Source: a virus. From it: a DNA stretch of 64,000 bases. The notes under the pieces are model-generated. The model searched no databases. It had not been told where the DNA came from and saw only the letters and a list, made by a program, of their open reading frames with translations. Every line of letters begins with the position of its first letter. Positions within the stretch are counted from its first letter, which is position 1. The DNA lies in the IMG/VR virus record IMGVR_UViG_3300020578_000017, positions 1-64,000 of that record, one strand, 5' to 3'. The translations under genes were made by a program, and so were the position numbers. This document shows positions 1 to 10,570 of the stretch, one piece after another.

Positions 1-3000
1 TAAATCTTACCGTAGCTGGATCATTTCCGTTTACTAATCCTGGAAAGACACCACCGGCTATAAAATCTAAGGTACCGTTAGATAAAATACGAGCAATACG
101 ATGATTTAATGTTACATAAAGCTCATCAGAAAAATTTGATATTCCATTAGCATTAAGAACGGCAGAGATAACCTGGCTATCTTCTGATATGACACCAAGA
201 GATGGACTTAGTAGATATACAGACCCATCATCAAATACTGTAAAACCTGATAAGTCCGTTATAGCTATACTACGAGATTCTGGGGGCAAGGCGCCTTTTA
301 TAGAAACTATTTTTGATCCTGCGACGGTTACATCCAAAACTAAAATTTCACTAGAGGAAAGATGAAAGTCAACTACGCTAGAAGGACTATCCCCTGATAC
401 TGTACCGTAGACAACATTTAGGTCACTATCAACAAGCTTAAATACCCTAAAAGCGTCACTTAAGTAAACATTTGAATCTAAAATTCTTATTTTCTTAAAT
501 GGATAGTCGTTTTCTGGTAAACTAATAACTTCCGAAAGGGCGCCATTTTCTGTATAAACGTGAATGACGTTATCTAGTAGGACATATAGGCTATTATCAT
601 AAGATACTGTCAAATCTTTAATCGTTTCAAACGTCTGCAAGCCAGAAAGCTCTAATTGGAACCCTTCATCAAAAACAGGCTCACTTGTTCCGTCTGTATA
701 GTAAAAACTTGCGGAAGCTGAAGCTATACCTTGCTCATCAATCTCATAGTAAGGGCTCAAAGAAACACTAGAAAGCTTATGTGTACCAGCTGGATATACT
801 TTTACCTGTAACGGAATTGAGCGGTAGCCACTGCTAGTAACCTGAGTCTCTAAAGCTACCAAACTGGCGGCAGCGGTAGCGTTTCCTGGTGTTACGTTAA
901 TGCCATCAAGATAGATAAGATTGTTTATCTGATGTGAGGATATGTAATTTTGGTTTTCAATAGTAATTATTAATTCAGCGTTTGAGTCGGTGTACCCATC
1001 TTCATAAGTAACTACAACCTCTAGTGGTACAGAACTTTCAGCATTAACTGAAACTGCTCCGTCATCCTCCAAGAAGTTTTTTAACTCAACAGAAGACACT
1101 CTTCTGTTTATCGCAATGTTTTTAACTGCATAAACGTTTTGGTTATTTCTGCTAACCACCTTTATCTCAGCAATACCGCCTTGCGTAAAGGTGACATTGG
1201 TATCTAATGACTTATTTCCATTAACATAAACATCAACATTAGAATGCTTATTACCAGAACTGTTATAAACATTAGCGGATACCTTTCTAGTATCCCCAAT
1301 GTAAATTAAATCAATATCTGGTATAGAAAAATCTAGGTAATAATCAATTCCTGTGCCACTTGGTAAAACTGTTATGGGCCTTACCGCTTGAGTTTGGGTA
1401 GAAAACCCTTCTGGTGTAAAAACTAAAGATGTGCTCGATACCGAAGTAGGTGTATACCGATAAACAGAAGTTTTTAAGACATCGCTAAAGTAAAAAGAGC
1501 TTCCAACACTTAAATTGTATAAATTTTCTGGGATACGCCCTATGTTTTTTTGATTTAAGTTAGAAACTAAATCATCCTGGTTTATAGAAAAATCTGGCGA
1601 TCCTATTGATGATCCGGAAAATATTTGAAGTGGTACAAAACCTGTAGCGTTATTATTGTCAACTAAGAATACTGAGCCGCTGATGTCCAGACAAGATAAC
1701 TTAAGACCTGACCTGCTTAACCTGTAAGGGTGCGAGATACCGCTTACTATCGTAGTGGCATAATCAAGTGTTACGCCCTCTTTTGGTTTTTTTGCATTTC
1801 TTCTTATGAAACCAATTTGCCTGCTGTTGCCAATCTGTCTAGTAAAGTAAACCCTTGACTTTAAGATACAAAGATCCGTTACGTTACCGGATAAAGTTCC
1901 CCAGTCAGAAAAATCCGTCTTCCCATCATTAATGAAAAGTCGAGTACTGTTACCATCGTTAAAAGCTATGACGCCAGCGTCTGGTCTTAACAAATCAAAC
2001 AAATAAGCTTTTTTATTCTTGTAGTCATAATACTTATTAATTTTAGAAGATAGGTTGCTATCAAAGTAGGTTAAATAGCCGTCTTCCTTAAGTACCGAAA
2101 GCGTTCCCTCGTCGCTCACACTAGACCATAAAATTGGAGCGGAAAGAGGCTCTGGCAAATACTTGGTAAACTTACCGCGAAGAGTGCCGGAGCAAGAGTT
2201 AGATACCTCAAATGGATTGCTAGATTTTATTACTAAGTCTGCTTCTGTAAATAAAGCTTCATTTGAATCGTAAATATTTCCAGTAACATAAGATAAAGTA
2301 GAGCCTGCGTCAACCTGGTAAAATGGTAGATTTGGTTCTATTCTTTCTGGACCAGCTACCTGAATAAAAACACTTGAAGTCAAGTCACCCACTGATATAT
2401 CTAATGTCGTTATATCGAAGCTATTTGGGTTTATGGCAAGAGTGCCTAAAGAGTTTTCAATAACTCTTATACTATTACCGCTGGTTGTAAAAGTCGCTAA
2501 GCTATTTCCATATACGAGTGTATTGTTTGCCCTTCTCACAAAGAAGTTTATTCTTTTCTGTGGGATACTATCAAACTTAATAAAATTATCATACTTAGTA
2601 ACGTAGCTAGGGAACTCTAAACGAACAGGAGTAGTATCTTGGCTCTCTAAAGCAGATAGAATAAATTCTCGTTGAACTGTAGGATCAGATTCAGAAATTG
2701 CAACAGCACGGCCTGCTGGATTAGGTCCAGAAAGTGGAGGAGTAAAATAAAAAGTAGAACCAGAGCATGAATAATTAGCGCTACCTGAAGTTACAACCCA
2801 GACTATCCCAGAGTTATAAGGTAAAGCAGTGCCGTCTGAATAAATGACTTGACCTGATATGGTAACAGGATAGCTAAAAGGTTCTGGATGTAGAAGGTCA
2901 ACAGGCCTATATGGTACTTTTAGAGTTCCGCCAATAATGTCTGGAATATCTATCCTATAAGGAGCAGCTAGTGGATTAACTTGAACAGTAATCGTACCTG

Positions 3001-5377
3001 ACAAAACTGGCGTTATGGGTTGGGGAGTTTCATAATTAATTATGTGAACACCAGAGGACAGACCAGATAATAAAATGAATGTCCCTGAAGTTTCATAGGA
3101 TACGATGTTATTACTGTCACTAGAAAACTTTAATGCCTTATCGTATTGCCTATTTCCAGATATAAAGATGTATGTTGGAATCTCTAAACTTGAACCCTCT
3201 TTAACTTTAATCAATGGACTAGGTGTAGAAATGTTTCCTATTCCGACTGATACAGGCCTGTGGTAAAAGTTAGCCTCAACAGATAACCCTAAAGCTGTAT
3301 TTCCTGAATATGTTAGGGAAAGAGTGCTTTTAATTTCATTCTCTTCTCTTGTGTACAAGTATCCGCCACTTATAAAAGTATTCGGCCCAGATAAAGAACT
3401 TACAGTCGAAACAAGAGTCCCATCACTTAGTACTGCCTGTACGGGTACAATATTATCGGTTGAAGTCGGTAAGTTTAAAGGACCTCCAGAATATTTTAGC
3501 GCATATGGGTGTTTCGTGTTGCTAGGATTGACTTTAAACTCAGCAGTTGAGTTGATAAATGGATCTTCTGTTGATGAGATTTTTATTTTACCAACAATCT
3601 CATTAGACAAGTCAAGTATACCGACATGATCGTTTATGAAATCAGTGCTTTCATTGAAGTATTGTGGCTCTATATCGATAGATAGCCCATGGTACGCTGG
3701 ATTTGAAGGTGGAGGATCTGCGTATGAGTCATCAGGCGGTAAATGTGTGAAGACTAGATGATGCCTGGATTCTACTAAATCTGCCTTGTGCAGGTAATCA
3801 GCCCCATTTGGTGTATCTAGTGTTCCATAGTCAACAAGGTTAGATGCTACAGGTGCATCTGTTACAGAAGTCTTACTAAACTCTAAATCTTGTCGGTACA
3901 ACTTTACCTCTGAACCATTTTTTTGATAGACCCATAAACGATGGATTTGTTTCTTAGCTGATTCTTGATAAAGCTCAGAGCTTATAGACTTAATACCAGA
4001 ATATCCGGTTATTAAGGGTGATAACGTTCCTAAAGTTAAGTTGTACCTGTATACAACACCTGAGCTATCTAAAAACGCAACCCAATCTTTAGCTAGAGGT
4101 ACTGCCTTTACTATAACTGGATCTATCCTTAATGCGTATTGTGCTATATCAGCATTTTCGTTAGAATGAGAAAAGTTATAAACATAAGTTAAATTATCTT
4201 TTCTTGTCGCTAATATGCACCTGTAAGATCCATCTTTAGCCTCTGATAGACAAAAAGCAGTGCCTTCCTGGGTTACTTTACCAACAGGCTGTAAGATAGG
4301 TCTATTGACATAAACACGGTATACTACCGACTTTGGTGGTTCTTTATCTTGCTTTTTTACGGAAATGTAAAAGTATAAAACTACATCCTGCAACGAAGAG
4401 AGTGAACGTATATTTATATTGTTATCTAATTGAAATAAAACTTCACCATACCCATACTGAGAGTCGTGAGTAAACTCATAAATCTTATTACGGGCAGATA
4501 CATAATTTTTATTTCTTGCTTTACAAAATGACCAAACTTTACTCTTGGTATTTGAATAACTAGGATAACTTATATCAGTAACTCTAATCGGGGTTACAGT
4601 ACCGTTACTATCAACAGAAATAACATCTGGAGTTAAGCTAGAGTAGGATACTAATGAGCTATCTGCTCTTCCATCATTATATGAAACAGTTGAGTTAATA
4701 TCCAGGGTAGTCCCTAAATCAATTTCAAATCCATTTGTGTTATAGTATGGTTCATAGTTTACTGCTACCGGGCCAGTAACTTTCAAATAGATATCCTGAG
4801 TTAAACTTCTTTCCCCCTCAGTAAAAATAACTCTTACGACAAAAGGCTCAGTCCTAGCATGAATGCCTAAAATCTTATATGCAAACCTACCCTGAGAGTT
4901 TTGTGAGGTTATTTTAATTTCTGGTACTAAAGTTTCAGATTCTAAAAGGTTATAAAATTCATTACCATCTCTTGACACTAAAATTGTGTAGTTAGATTTG
5001 GCAGCAGTTATCCTTGATGTATCAGAATAAACTACGGTAGGGTAAATAAATAGGTTATCACCTTGATCCAAAGTTTGTTCTTTATAGTATGGATCGAATC
5101 TAGCATTATCATCAATAATATGAGAGGACTTAGGAAGAATAGAGTTAATTATTTCAACTTTACAGGTACTAAGAACTTCATTAGCTAGAGTATAGTCAAT
5201 GAAAACCTGACCAACCCCATTTGGGGTGACAAGACCATCTACAGTTACTTCCGCAACATCTGCCATGGAGATATCTGAAAGCCTATAAACGGCGCCAGAT
5301 ATCTCTGGATATACACTTAACTGAAAAGTATCAGAAGTTACACCCAGAGTTAAGACAGGGGGGAATATTCGAGTCAC
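1..5377 (-). CDS. Giant (>1790 aa, runs off left edge) virion/baseplate-associated protein with Ig-like (Big_2-type) and beta-propeller/NHL-like segments
   Basis: Not in the ORF track because no stop lies inside the window. GTG at 5377 overlaps the TGA of the upstream small ORF. My manual translation is open from MTRIFPPVLTLGVTSDTFQLSVYPE to LYVTLNHRIARILSNGTLDFIAGGVFPGLVNGNDPATVRF at the edge. Big_2-like motifs: VAEVTVDGLVTPNGVG, SSLTPDVISVDSNGTVT. The C-terminal part is NHL-like. Confidence 0.8.
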   Translation of the reverse strand, partial: MTRIFPPVLTLGVTSDTFQLSVYPEISGAVYRLSDISMADVAEVTVDGLVTPNGVGQVFIDYTLANEVLSTCKVEIINSILPKSSHIIDDNARFDPYYKEQTLDQGDNLFIYPTVVYSDTSRITAAKSNYTILVSRDGNEFYNLLESETLVPEIKITSQNSQGRFAYKILGIHARTEPFVVRVIFTEGERSLTQDIYLKVTGPVAVNYEPYYNTNGFEIDLGTTLDINSTVSYNDGRADSSLVSYSSLTPDVISVDSNGTVTPIRVTDISYPSYSNTKSKVWSFCKARNKNYVSARNKIYEFTHDSQYGYGEVLFQLDNNINIRSLSSLQDVVLYFYISVKKQDKEPPKSVVYRVYVNRPILQPVGKVTQEGTAFCLSEAKDGSYRCILATRKDNLTYVYNFSHSNENADIAQYALRIDPVIVKAVPLAKDWVAFLDSSGVVYRYNLTLGTLSPLITGYSGIKSISSELYQESAKKQIHRLWVYQKNGSEVKLYRQDLEFSKTSVTDAPVASNLVDYGTLDTPNGADYLHKADLVESRHHLVFTHLPPDDSYADPPPSNPAYHGLSIDIEPQYFNESTDFINDHVGILDLSNEIVGKIKISSTEDPFINSTAEFKVNPSNTKHPYALKYSGGPLNLPTSTDNIVPVQAVLSDGTLVSTVSSLSGPNTFISGGYLYTREENEIKSTLSLTYSGNTALGLSVEANFYHRPVSVGIGNISTPSPLIKVKEGSSLEIPTYIFISGNRQYDKALKFSSDSNNIVSYETSGTFILLSGLSSGVHIINYETPQPITPVLSGTITVQVNPLAAPYRIDIPDIIGGTLKVPYRPVDLLHPEPFSYPVTISGQVIYSDGTALPYNSGIVWVVTSGSANYSCSGSTFYFTPPLSGPNPAGRAVAISESDPTVQREFILSALESQDTTPVRLEFPSYVTKYDNFIKFDSIPQKRINFFVRRANNTLVYGNSLATFTTSGNSIRVIENSLGTLAINPNSFDITTLDISVGDLTSSVFIQVAGPERIEPNLPFYQVDAGSTLSYVTGNIYDSNEALFTEADLVIKSSNPFEVSNSCSGTLRGKFTKYLPEPLSAPILWSSVSDEGTLSVLKEDGYLTYFDSNLSSKINKYYDYKNKKAYLFDLLRPDAGVIAFNDGNSTRLFINDGKTDFSDWGTLSGNVTDLCILKSRVYFTRQIGNSRQIGFIRRNAKKPKEGVTLDYATTIVSGISHPYRLSRSGLKLSCLDISGSVFLVDNNNATGFVPLQIFSGSSIGSPDFSINQDDLVSNLNQKNIGRIPENLYNLSVGSSFYFSDVLKTSVYRYTPTSVSSTSLVFTPEGFSTQTQAVRPITVLPSGTGIDYYLDFSIPDIDLIYIGDTRKVSANVYNSSGNKHSNVDVYVNGNKSLDTNVTFTQGGIAEIKVVSRNNQNVYAVKNIAINRRVSSVELKNFLEDDGAVSVNAESSVPLEVVVTYEDGYTDSNAELIITIENQNYISSHQINNLIYLDGINVTPGNATAAASLVALETQVTSSGYRSIPLQVKVYPAGTHKLSSVSLSPYYEIDEQGIASASASFYYTDGTSEPVFDEGFQLELSGLQTFETIKDLTVSYDNSLYVLLDNVIHVYTENGALSEVISLPENDYPFKKIRILDSNVYLSDAFRVFKLVDSDLNVVYGTVSGDSPSSVVDFHLSSSEILVLDVTVAGSKIVSIKGALPPESRSIAITDLSGFTVFDDGSVYLLSPSLGVISEDSQVISAVLNANGISNFSDELYVTLNHRIARILSNGTLDFIAGGVFPGLVNGNDPATVRF

Positions 5378-5553
5378 TTGTCTTGATTAGATTGATTCTG
5401 TAGCTCTAAAAGAACAAGGTCTAATAAATGTTGAACTTTCTTACTTTCGCTCTCAAGCTCTGAGCGCATATTATCTAAGTACGAAGAAAGCTCTTTGCCT
5501 AAATCGCCTAACTCAGTAGTAGGTAGTTTTACCTTGTTCCAGTCTGCGTGCAT
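5374..5553 (-). CDS. Small 59-aa helical protein between spike and giant ORF
   Basis: ATG 5553 to TGA 5374: MHADWNKVKLPTTELGDLGKELSSYLDNMRSELESESKKVQHLLDLVLLELQNQSNQDK. Fills the gap exactly and its stop overlaps the next GTG; it is just below the apparent 60-aa ORF-track cut-off. Confidence 0.7.
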   Translation of the reverse strand: MHADWNKVKLPTTELGDLGKELSSYLDNMRSELESESKKVQHLLDLVLLELQNQSNQDK

Positions 5554-5569
5554 ACATAATTATAGTTTA

Positions 5570-8500
5570 TCAAGAGGTTAGAGTAACAGTTGATAATATG
5601 CTCGGTGGTGGCGGAATAACTGGAGGGGTGCCTGGTGTACCGTGAACATGGGTCATAAGCCAGGTAAGCAAGACATCACCCTTGGGTACGGGGTGAACGG
5701 AAGTAGAACCGCCAAGCTGAATCAAAGAAGAATCAATTGTAGTTATTCTTGCTTTTATTACTGCAAGGGCCTCAGAGACAACTTCCGCAAGTATCTTGCT
5801 TTTTATGGCAGCTATACCAATTTCAGTAGCAATGGTTGCATTTCCTAGCTTTGTAGTAACATCTACGTTACCAGTTAACGTAGAAAGCTCTGCATTTCCA
5901 ACTTTAGTTGTGACTTTAGCGTTTCCTAAAATAGTAGAACCGTCAAAGTTTCCAGCTAAAGTAGACATAAGAACATTACCTGCTTTGGTGCTGAAGTCCA
6001 TGTTGCCGAGAAGAGTATTCATTAAAACATTACCTGCCTTGGTATCATGCTTAATATCACCAAGTAAAGTACCGTGCCTTAATGACCCAGCGGCTACTGC
6101 AACTTCAAAAGCCATCTGATTACCCAATGCTATGCCAGCGTTTCCGACATTCATCTTGTAACCACCTAAAGCAAAAGCATTGATATCGCCATTGACATTT
6201 AGGTTATGAGCGCCACCTACTCTAATATCCTGGTCTGCTTGAATATGCGTGACTACAGAACCTTCAATCGAAGCCTTCATTGAACCCTTATGAAGATTAG
6301 CCTTGAATCCTTCAGTAGTTAAACCATAGCCCTGCTTTTGCTCATGGGTCAAAGGATTAACTGATCCACCTTCATCTTCGTTTTTATGTGGGTTCGATGG
6401 AAGAATACGTAAATCTATATCCCCACGTAATATACCCTGTAATGCGTTGCCGGTGTCGCCAATTTTCCCAATATCTACTTCAATACCGCCGTCTAATAAG
6501 GCCTGTATGCTTCTTGAGTTGTGGCTATCTTTACCAATCGCGGCAACTAAAGCCCCTGCCATGTCCAAGACAAGACTCTTATTGTCTATCGGATCTGACC
6601 CAATTCTTAGCATGACATCACCGCATAAGTGTGCGTCTAATGAACCTGCCATTCGGTTAGGGTTGCTGATAATAGGCGTAGATGAAGCATTGACGTAACC
6701 TTGCTTGATCGACGGCATCATCATGTTATGGAACTGGTATGGAGCATCGCCCTCAAGGTAATAACTTTCTTTTTTATCTAGATTCTTTGAGGTCTTGTAT
6801 ACTTCTGGGTTCAGAGTCTTACCAGTTGGGTCGTAGCCATTATGACGGTGCCTGCGGGCCATATTCTGACTGTTTCTCCCGACTCGCATAATAATCCCGC
6901 CATCGGTTGTAAGATCTAAAGATATTCTTTCGCTTCTAGTATTACTTAAATCTTCTGAATCAAAAACACCTACGGATACTTCACGGTTATCTAAATAAGT
7001 TTTTGGCCTTATACCATAATCAACCCTGTCATCGCATCCTAAATTAATAAAAGATCGACCTATTGCCGTAAGCTCAATAGACTCTTCTTTATAATCTTTC
7101 TCTACGAGAAGCCTTACACTACCCCCGAAACTACCCTCGACACTTCTTCCGGCACCAACTGGATTAACTCCTACTGGGACTAGCTTTTCCCCCTCAGTAG
7201 ATGCATATACATGTTCTTTTTTAGCTCTAGTAGAACCAACGTGAAAACTTATATAGCCTTCTTTATTCACATAAAATCTGGTTTGTGAAACAGATGACGG
7301 CATCTTCCACATACTTGCAACTGACCAGGTCCTAGTCTTGGCAAAATCAGGAAAGGTGTCATCCGTAATTGCTAGCTCTTGTGAGCTAACTGACGTAGTA
7401 TTAGGGCTATTAAAAAGCTGATGCCTTAATACCTTACCGTAGTTCTCTGGCTTATCAAAAAAGTCATAACCAACTAAAGTACCCTGAACACTCTCAATCA
7501 GATTTTTAGACAAATAGACATCTTTAGGCACACTGGATATAGGTTTCTCAGAACCAGATAGCCTTGTATCTACATCTGTTAACAGAAATGGATATGACTG
7601 ATCAAGGATTCCGTCACCTAACTCTTTTATTGAAAACCTTGACTCAGTAAGTGGTAATGATCCATAAAGTATTTCCTGGCTTACTTTCTGACGAGTCTGT
7701 TCATTCATGCTGGACGGATACGCAACTAAGTAAGGATCGTCAATTGTAAGCTTACCGCTTAAAGTTCTTGTCCAATTATAACTTCCATCGTCTGACATGA
7801 TAAAGTTTTGTTCTAAGTCAGGGGTGATTAAACTTAGAGAAGGATCTATGCTTCCTGCTTTATTTAAAGAAAATCTTTTTGTCTTATCCGAAGAAGGGTC
7901 TAACCCAAAGTTTTCGTGAACCTTACTGTCTTTATCTAGAAGATTTCCCTCATGATCATAATGGCATTCCATATACCTATTGATCATGCCGTCTATCCTT
8001 ACCGAAGCATCAGTAGCTCGATAGTACTGCAAAGAATTAAGAACAATACTTTGATCAGAGCTTCTTATCTGAATTTCGTTCAGCTTTCTGTTTGATAAAA
8101 GAATGTCATCGTCTACCCTAAGATCGCTTCCTTGATCGCTTGAAAGGAAAATCTCACCTGGGTAAAGTCTTTGGTTTTTTACCCTTGCTTTTGCGGTAGT
8201 GCTTCTAAAGCCAGGAACTTGAGCATCAGGTGTAGACATTTTGTCATAGTTATAAGCATAAACTGGAAAGTAAGGTGGCAAGAATCCAGTAATGATCGGC
8301 GTATGATTAGTAGCTGTAGTTGGAATTAAAGATAAAACAACCTTAGCCCCAACCTCTGGCATGCCGCCCATGAAGCCACGACGAGTGACATAAGGGAAAC
8401 TAACAGGAACATCACGCATGAGGTCCTGACCGCCGTAGACATACTGAACATCGCAAGTCATTTTTTCATTATTGACCCGCATTACGATGCCAATTTTTAT

Positions 8501-8581
8501 CTGACTCTGAGTGTCACCAGCCCTACTATCTACTTGATAGGGGGATGGTTTATATGTAATCCAACTCCAAATGTTATTCAT
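5570..8581 (-). CDS. Baseplate central spike (gp5/gpV-like), unusually large, 1003 aa
   Basis: N-terminal OB-fold-like segment (IGIVMRVNNEKMTCDVQ...GMPEVGAKVVL), C-terminal 9-residue T-x-x-G-N beta-helix repeats and an apex HxH motif (LMTHVHG). Follows the hub gene. Confidence 0.75.
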   Translation of the reverse strand: MNNIWSWITYKPSPYQVDSRAGDTQSQIKIGIVMRVNNEKMTCDVQYVYGGQDLMRDVPVSFPYVTRRGFMGGMPEVGAKVVLSLIPTTATNHTPIITGFLPPYFPVYAYNYDKMSTPDAQVPGFRSTTAKARVKNQRLYPGEIFLSSDQGSDLRVDDDILLSNRKLNEIQIRSSDQSIVLNSLQYYRATDASVRIDGMINRYMECHYDHEGNLLDKDSKVHENFGLDPSSDKTKRFSLNKAGSIDPSLSLITPDLEQNFIMSDDGSYNWTRTLSGKLTIDDPYLVAYPSSMNEQTRQKVSQEILYGSLPLTESRFSIKELGDGILDQSYPFLLTDVDTRLSGSEKPISSVPKDVYLSKNLIESVQGTLVGYDFFDKPENYGKVLRHQLFNSPNTTSVSSQELAITDDTFPDFAKTRTWSVASMWKMPSSVSQTRFYVNKEGYISFHVGSTRAKKEHVYASTEGEKLVPVGVNPVGAGRSVEGSFGGSVRLLVEKDYKEESIELTAIGRSFINLGCDDRVDYGIRPKTYLDNREVSVGVFDSEDLSNTRSERISLDLTTDGGIIMRVGRNSQNMARRHRHNGYDPTGKTLNPEVYKTSKNLDKKESYYLEGDAPYQFHNMMMPSIKQGYVNASSTPIISNPNRMAGSLDAHLCGDVMLRIGSDPIDNKSLVLDMAGALVAAIGKDSHNSRSIQALLDGGIEVDIGKIGDTGNALQGILRGDIDLRILPSNPHKNEDEGGSVNPLTHEQKQGYGLTTEGFKANLHKGSMKASIEGSVVTHIQADQDIRVGGAHNLNVNGDINAFALGGYKMNVGNAGIALGNQMAFEVAVAAGSLRHGTLLGDIKHDTKAGNVLMNTLLGNMDFSTKAGNVLMSTLAGNFDGSTILGNAKVTTKVGNAELSTLTGNVDVTTKLGNATIATEIGIAAIKSKILAEVVSEALAVIKARITTIDSSLIQLGGSTSVHPVPKGDVLLTWLMTHVHGTPGTPPVIPPPPSILSTVTLTS
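5801..6070 (-). repeat. Ten 27-nt (9-aa) degenerate repeats T-x-x-G-[N/D/I]-x4 in spike gene
   Basis: TLLGDIKHD TKAGNVLMN TLLGNMDFS TKAGNVLMS TLAGNFDGS TILGNAKVT TKVGNAELS TLTGNVDVT TKLGNATIA TEIGIAAIK. Confidence 0.85.
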
Positions 8582-8608
8582 TGTAAAAATTACTTATTTT
8601 TCACAGTT

Positions 8609-10570
8609 TCATATACTATTTGTTGATATATTTTGTGCATTTTGTGAAACGGCTGAGTTTTCTAAGATAATAGCTTCAACTTTTGCTTCTATGTCAATTG
8701 AAGTTATATTATAACCATAAGCAAATCCTGGTACTAAGTCATACCCATTACTATCGCTAATCGTAAAATATGGATCACTAAGGTTTTTTGGCTTTTTATC
8801 ACTAATTATAGTGCTTACATTGAGATTTGCTGTGTCTATTATAGAATCAACCCTTGATAAAGTACTTTGAGCCGTATTTAACTCAGGTTTGTTTTCTTTG
8901 TTTTGTTTATCCCTTACAAACTTTATAAAATTATCTAAATCTTGTGAATTTTTAGCTAAATATTCCCTAAAAGTATTTTGCACTAATCCTTTTTGATTTT
9001 TATATTGAATAAAAAGAGCCTCTATACTAGATGTATCTGAACCAAGTACGTTTTGTATTTGGGAAACTATAGCTGTTTTCTTTTGATCTTTGTTTTCTGA
9101 AAAAACTAGATACCTTTCAGATGTGCTCACTTTCCTTCTTAAAGTATCTACGCCTAATGTTGTTGTAAAGCTCTGACCAAAGCTAAAATCATGAGATATG
9201 GTCCTAACATAACAGTAAACATCTTCTTCTTCTAGATATATTGGAATACCTAGCTTTAGCTCTGGCCTTCCTGCAATCTCAATATTTGCAGTGTATTCTT
9301 TAGTATTAAGACGATTTAACTCAGAAACTGCAAGATAGAATAAGTTCTGAACATCTCTTACATAGTTGTAAGAAACTTTATTCTGCTTTATTCCATATGT
9401 TTTTGCTTTTTCTGTGTCTATATAAAATATGCTTGGTTTTTTAACGGAATTTGAATCGTGCATAAAAGCACCTTCTATGTCTACACGGGTATAAATATTG
9501 TCTAGGTTATGAGTAATCGAGTATGATAATAAATCCAAACTTGATATTTTATACTCATTCAAACTTTTAGTGTTTAAGTTGTAATAGGGTGGCTTAAATG
9601 TTATTATTCCACCAGTATCCATGAAAAACTCAAAGTTAATTCTATTCTTTACTTCATTGGCTACCTCTAGAGGAGATCTTATGCCTAAATTGAACGGGTC
9701 TTGACCACCACTTATTTCTGCATATAAAGGCAAAGATTCTGATGGAGAACCAAAAGTGCCACCGCTTAGAGAAATAGGTGTAAAAGTTTTAGTCTTGAAA
9801 ATGACTTCGTTATCAACTTTGTTTTTTTCTATTGCGTTTTTTATCGCGGACTTTCTGCGATTATCAAGCCCTAGTATTTTCATGGACTGATCCGTAATTG
9901 AACCGAATCTGTTTCTCCAGTACTCCATAGCTGTAGCATAAGATTTGGCGTTAGTAGCTACTATTTTTCTTACTGTGTCAGTGTTTCCAATTAATGGCGC
10001 ATCAACCCCAACAAGGTCTTTAAACATGGCTAGAGATAGAGCATAAATAATCTCTGGGCCAGTCAAGTTTGAGTACACATTAGACAATGCTCGAAATGGA
10101 GAACCTACATTAAGACTATTAAGCGCCGAGTCTGAAGTTATAATCTTACTGATATCCCACCACTTCAACATATCCTCGCAAGAGACGTGCATGGAGTAGA
10201 AGCCATCAGAGTACGACTTCTCTATACTGGTTATTAGGCCCCAGAATACTAGATAGTACTGTGGCTGTCCTGAATCGTCTAAAAACCTACCCTTTATAAA
10301 GATCTGCACCTCAGACATAAGAGGTATGTTCAACTTGCCGTTTTCATAAACTTGTGAACTGTTATGCTTAGGTACAGCTAAATCAAATGAGGCAGTACCA
10401 GGATTACTCTCAAGCGATAGATTGACATTTAATCTGGTAATAAGATCAACAATAAGAGAGCTTGCCCCACAGTCCCTGCATACTGGCAAATCTATATTTT
10501 GATTAATCGTTACAAATGCATCTGGAGCTAAAAGTAGGACAGGCCTATTTTTTTGATATTGAAAGTTCAT
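8609..10570 (-). CDS. Baseplate hub protein (T4 gp27/Mu gp44/VgrG-like fold)
   Basis: VFWGLITSIEKSYS..SCEDMLKW, FEFFMDTGGIITFKPP, IEIAGRPELKLGIPI..YVRTISHDFS..FTTTLGV are typical hub motifs; lies between tube initiators and spike. Confidence 0.75.
   Translation of the reverse strand: MNFQYQKNRPVLLLAPDAFVTINQNIDLPVCRDCGASSLIVDLITRLNVNLSLESNPGTASFDLAVPKHNSSQVYENGKLNIPLMSEVQIFIKGRFLDDSGQPQYYLVFWGLITSIEKSYSDGFYSMHVSCEDMLKWWDISKIITSDSALNSLNVGSPFRALSNVYSNLTGPEIIYALSLAMFKDLVGVDAPLIGNTDTVRKIVATNAKSYATAMEYWRNRFGSITDQSMKILGLDNRRKSAIKNAIEKNKVDNEVIFKTKTFTPISLSGGTFGSPSESLPLYAEISGGQDPFNLGIRSPLEVANEVKNRINFEFFMDTGGIITFKPPYYNLNTKSLNEYKISSLDLLSYSITHNLDNIYTRVDIEGAFMHDSNSVKKPSIFYIDTEKAKTYGIKQNKVSYNYVRDVQNLFYLAVSELNRLNTKEYTANIEIAGRPELKLGIPIYLEEEDVYCYVRTISHDFSFGQSFTTTLGVDTLRRKVSTSERYLVFSENKDQKKTAIVSQIQNVLGSDTSSIEALFIQYKNQKGLVQNTFREYLAKNSQDLDNFIKFVRDKQNKENKPELNTAQSTLSRVDSIIDTANLNVSTIISDKKPKNLSDPYFTISDSNGYDLVPGFAYGYNITSIDIEAKVEAIILENSAVSQNAQNISTNSI

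Noticed and set aside
1-5560. Apparent 5.5-kb ORF desert suggesting stop-codon recoding or non-coding DNA
   Set aside because: Explained by a 59-aa ORF plus a minus-strand ORF running off the window edge. TAA, TAG and TGA all terminate tightly packed genes elsewhere, so the standard code fits.
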